From Vicugna vicugna (taxonomy: Eukaryota): a DNA stretch of 64,000 nt. The translations under genes were made by a program, and so were the position numbers. The notes under the pieces are model-generated. The model ran no database searches, was not told the origin of the DNA, and was given only the letters and a program-made list of their open reading frames with translations. Positions 60,846-64,000 of this stretch are shown here, piece by piece; positions within the stretch are counted from its first letter, which is position 1, and each line of letters opens with the position of its first letter. The stretch spans positions 2,390,244 to 2,454,243 of the forward strand of contig MU058252.1 in the NCBI GenBank assembly GCA_013265495.1, written 5' to 3'.

Positions 60846-62148
60846 CCTCTGCTCCCGACCCCAGTGAGACTTCCTGGTCCTCCCTCGTCTCGCTCCGGCC
60901 CCGGGACCCTTCAGTGCCTCTCCGTTCCCCTCTCTCCGTTACTTTTGCCAGACCACCTGGTCTCCTTTCGTCTAGATCATTTTCCAGCCCCTGACTGGAG
61001 ACAGTGTTTCAGTGACTAACCACAACCCAAAAGGCACCGACAGTCACCCTCACTGAGGGCTGTCCACGTGTCTGCCCCTGAGAGGCCGTCCATAGCTAGT
61101 TTACAAGCTTGGAATATTTGAGCACATTCATGGTCTCCTAGGTCAGTGACATCCTTGAAGGTGGCCGTCCTCCGGTTCCGCCCGCCAGCGAGCGGAGCAC
61201 AGCATTGCCCCAGCGTCACAGTTTCCGTTTTTCTTACAGAGACAGATGAAGCTACAGGTTTGCTGTGGGATAAGAATGACCTAAACAGTGTGGTCTTTCA
61301 GTGGGGTCTTTTCACCCCAGGGGCAGACGCCTATCTCAGGACCAGTGGAAGGAGATCAGGACCTGAGCGGGTAGGACAGGACGGTGGGGTGGGCAGGGTC
61401 AGGTGAGGTGGGGAGGGCCAGGTACCAAAATAAACTCTCTAACAAGCGTGCTCTTCAGTGGGTCAGATGATACCCAGTCAGGTGCAGGCAAAGAACCAGC
61501 AGTCAGTGGTCACTGGCAGCAGATGCCAGAGCCCAGAAACGGGACCTGAGGCCAGACACACCCGGGCATTCAGGCAGGTAGTCTCCTGATGTGGAACCCG
61601 GTGACAGCAAAACCCCAGACACCCAGCAGGGGTCAGGGCCCCAGGCCCCGGGAAGAAGGTGAGCACGTCAGATCTAGAACGTTTGTCCAGACTGGGCCAG
61701 TGCTGAGTGACTGGATGATGGTCCCTGCTTTGTGTCTTTCATCTTTGGTAAAATCCCTTTGTGCGGTCACGTAGCGGTCTTCACACGGCATCCCTGCACA
61801 GCTCAGAGCAGGGTATTTATGTCCGTTTCTCCAGCTATGTCTGTGTTTGTATCTCGGTGCTGCCAAGCGGCGGGGAGGCAGGCAGAAGCCTGGCGTCAGC
61901 AGGAAACAGCTGAGATGCACTACCCAGAACGCGGGAGGAGGGTGGATGGAGAGAGACGGCTTACGCGTTTGAGAAGCAAGGCCCCGCGAAGTGCTAAAAT
62001 TTGCTGGGGGCTCCCAGACTCATCTCACGATTTATGTTGCCGACTAAGATGTTTCCTGTTGGTGTCACAAATAAGTAACTGCTGGTTTGCGTGTTCTGGA
62101 GTTGATTGAATGCTAATTTATTCATCACTGCAGTGACAGGAAATATTT

Positions 62149-62283
62149 TTAAATCTTTCTAATAGGGGGAGGTAATTTTAGGCTTATTTATTGGTTTTTT
62201 TTTTTTAAAACAGAGGTACTGGGGATTGAACCCAGGACCTTGTGCATGCTAGGCATGCACTCTACCACTGAGCTACACCCTCC
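62149..62283 (-). mobile_element. tRNA-Ala-derived camelid-type SINE (vic-1-like)
   Basis: Minus strand ggagggtgtagctcagtggtagagtgcatgcctagcatgcacaaggtcctgggttcaatccccagtacc...aattacctccccc; TSD tgacaggaaatattt (62134-62148) vs tgataaaaaatattt (62284-62298). Confidence 0.92.
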
Positions 62284-62359
62284 TGATAAAAAATATTTAG
62301 ATAACACAGCACCTGTGGTGAAGGAACTCCTCTGACCCTAATGACATGCCAAGCAAACT

Positions 62360-62805
62360 TGTTATGGTGGAGCTGCGTCCGCCCCAGATCCACGTGTTGA
62401 AGCCTTAACCGCTACATCTCAGAGTGTGGCCTTGTTGGGAAAGAGGGTCATTAGCGGATGTAACTAGTTAAGATGGGGTCACGCCGGCGCAGGTGGGCCT
62501 TTAATCCGACATGACTGGTGTCCTTGTAAAAAGGGGACATTTGAGCCCAGGCCCCTGGGGGCAGCGGCACATGAAGGCGAGGGCAGAGGGCAGGCTGGTG
62601 TGTGACAAGCGCAGCTTCATCGGAGGTTTCCAGGAAACCACCGGAAGCCTGGAGAGAGGCCGGGACGGCTTCTCTCTCGCAGCCTCAGAGGGACCCAACC
62701 CTGTTGCCACTTTGATTTGAGACTTTTGGTCTCCAGAATGAAGAAAATGACTTTCTGTTGTCTAAAGTGCCCAGTTTGTTACAGCAACTCCAAAAAGATA
62801 ATATA
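62360..62805 (+). mobile_element. MaLR MLT1B/C-like solo LTR
   Basis: tgttatgg...gttaagatggggtca...atgactggtgtccttgtaaaaagggga...gcctcagaggga...tttgttacagca. Confidence 0.9.
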
Positions 62806-63586
62806 GTATTTGAGAAAAACTGAAGAAGCAAGGCAGAGTAGAACTTGTGTATTGAACGAATATTAGGATATTCATAAATACAAGGAGTAAGAAAGGTTAG
62901 GGGTTGGCATGACTCTGGAAAAGCCTCAGAGAACAACTGAGCAGAATTTGTAAGGGAGGATGGGGTGGGTCTGGGAAGGTAATGGCGAGACACAGAGAAT
63001 CAGTTCTCTTAGGACTTACTCCGGGTGGCGGGGGTGCCACACGCCCTCCCAGGTGACGGGACCGCGATCCAATTTTGCACAACACAGAAATGTAGCCTTT
63101 CGCCAGGAGGGGTTTGAGGATTTGGAAACGAGCCCCCTCTGAAGGGGTTTCCAGGGAGGAGGTCACCTGGCTGCTCCGGCCAGCGGTTCGATAGGGTCTC
63201 TTGGCAGCCAGCTCCCCGCGGTATTTCTCGTCTGGGGTGTGGGAGGGGGTCAGATCTCTGTGACTGTAAAACTGCCATCATGTGAAAACAAAGCCAGCCC
63301 TGAGCCGACTGCTCGGCAGAGAACCCCACCCACACCTGCTCACCTGGGGCAGCTTCCGTGCCTTTAACCTCCCGAGCTCGCGCCCCAGCACAGCCGGGAC
63401 CGCGTTTCCTCCGCGCCCAGCGGCCGGGCTTTCTCTCCGGAGATGCCCCCCGAGCCTCTGTCCTGCGTCCTGACCCGCCCCCGGGCGTGCTCCAGAGGGG
63501 CTTACGTGTTATGACTTAGACGGACAAGCCATCCAGTTCCACCCCGGGTCCCACGAGTGAAAAGAGCCAGTTCCCTGGAGACTTAC

Positions 63587-63621
63587 CTTCCCAGGGGGCG
63601 TCGCCTCGACTCCTTGATTTC
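63587..63621 (-). other. Candidate 35-nt internal micro-exon of an unidentified gene
   Basis: Minus strand ttgtttataatttcatcctatag|GAAATCAAGGAGTCGAGGCGACGCCCCCTGGGAAG|gtaagtct. Confidence 0.5.
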
Positions 63622-63859
63622 CTATAGGATGAAATTATAAACAATTTATTGAAAGGATCATTTCAGAAGCCCGATAGAGTCAGGCAAAATGACACATTTA
63701 AGCCTAGAGAGCCAGTAATTTGGAACCACACAGCACTTCTGATAATACCTAATTAGTCACTGAGCTGCCCTGGGTCAGGGGGGCCCCACGGGTCAGCTGA
63801 GCTGCCTGGGGTCAGGAAGGGGTGTGTGGAAGGAGTGGATCACAGGGAACAGATCACTT

Positions 63860-64000
63860 TTTAAATTAGACAAACCTGGGCTGGGTTCCTGTTTCCTAAA
63901 CTAACTGATTGGAAAAAAAAAATCTAACTTTTAAAAATTTCAATTTCCTCATTTATGAAATGAGACTGCTGAGAGCTGCCATGAGATTCAAACGCTGTGT
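63860..64000 (+). mobile_element. MIR SINE relic
   Basis: agacaaacctggg...tcaatttcctcatttatgaaatgaga. Confidence 0.6.

Overview
This is mammalian, almost entirely non-coding genomic DNA, most likely camelid (Camelus/Vicugna/Lama). That inference rests on two tRNA-Ala-derived vic-1-type SINEs, many 5'-truncated cetartiodactyl/camelid-style L1 3' ends, and no recognisable Alu, B1, Bov-A/BovB or PRE-1. No protein-coding gene can be supported: the ORF track is noise apart from L1 ORF2 remnants. The window is a mosaic of about 25 L1 fragments, 8 solo LTRs (5 ERV1-like, 2 MaLR MLT1, 1 ERVL MLT2), 2 SINEs, and MIR, L2 and MER5 relics. The most notable signals are: (i) a textbook 35-nt minus-strand micro-exon at 63587-63621, with a GC-box promoter/first-exon candidate at about 60583-60845 on the same strand, suggesting an unidentified spliced minus-strand transcript; (ii) local AT->GC drift and CpG gain inside old repeats, consistent with GC-biased gene conversion; (iii) readable retrotransposition footprints (twin-primed inverted L1, L1 nested in SINE/LTR/MIR, possible 3' transduction, insertion-associated deletions); (iv) nuclear-receptor motif clusters. 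I found no evidence for a novel multi-gene system. Repeat family names come from recalled consensus similarity, not a database search.
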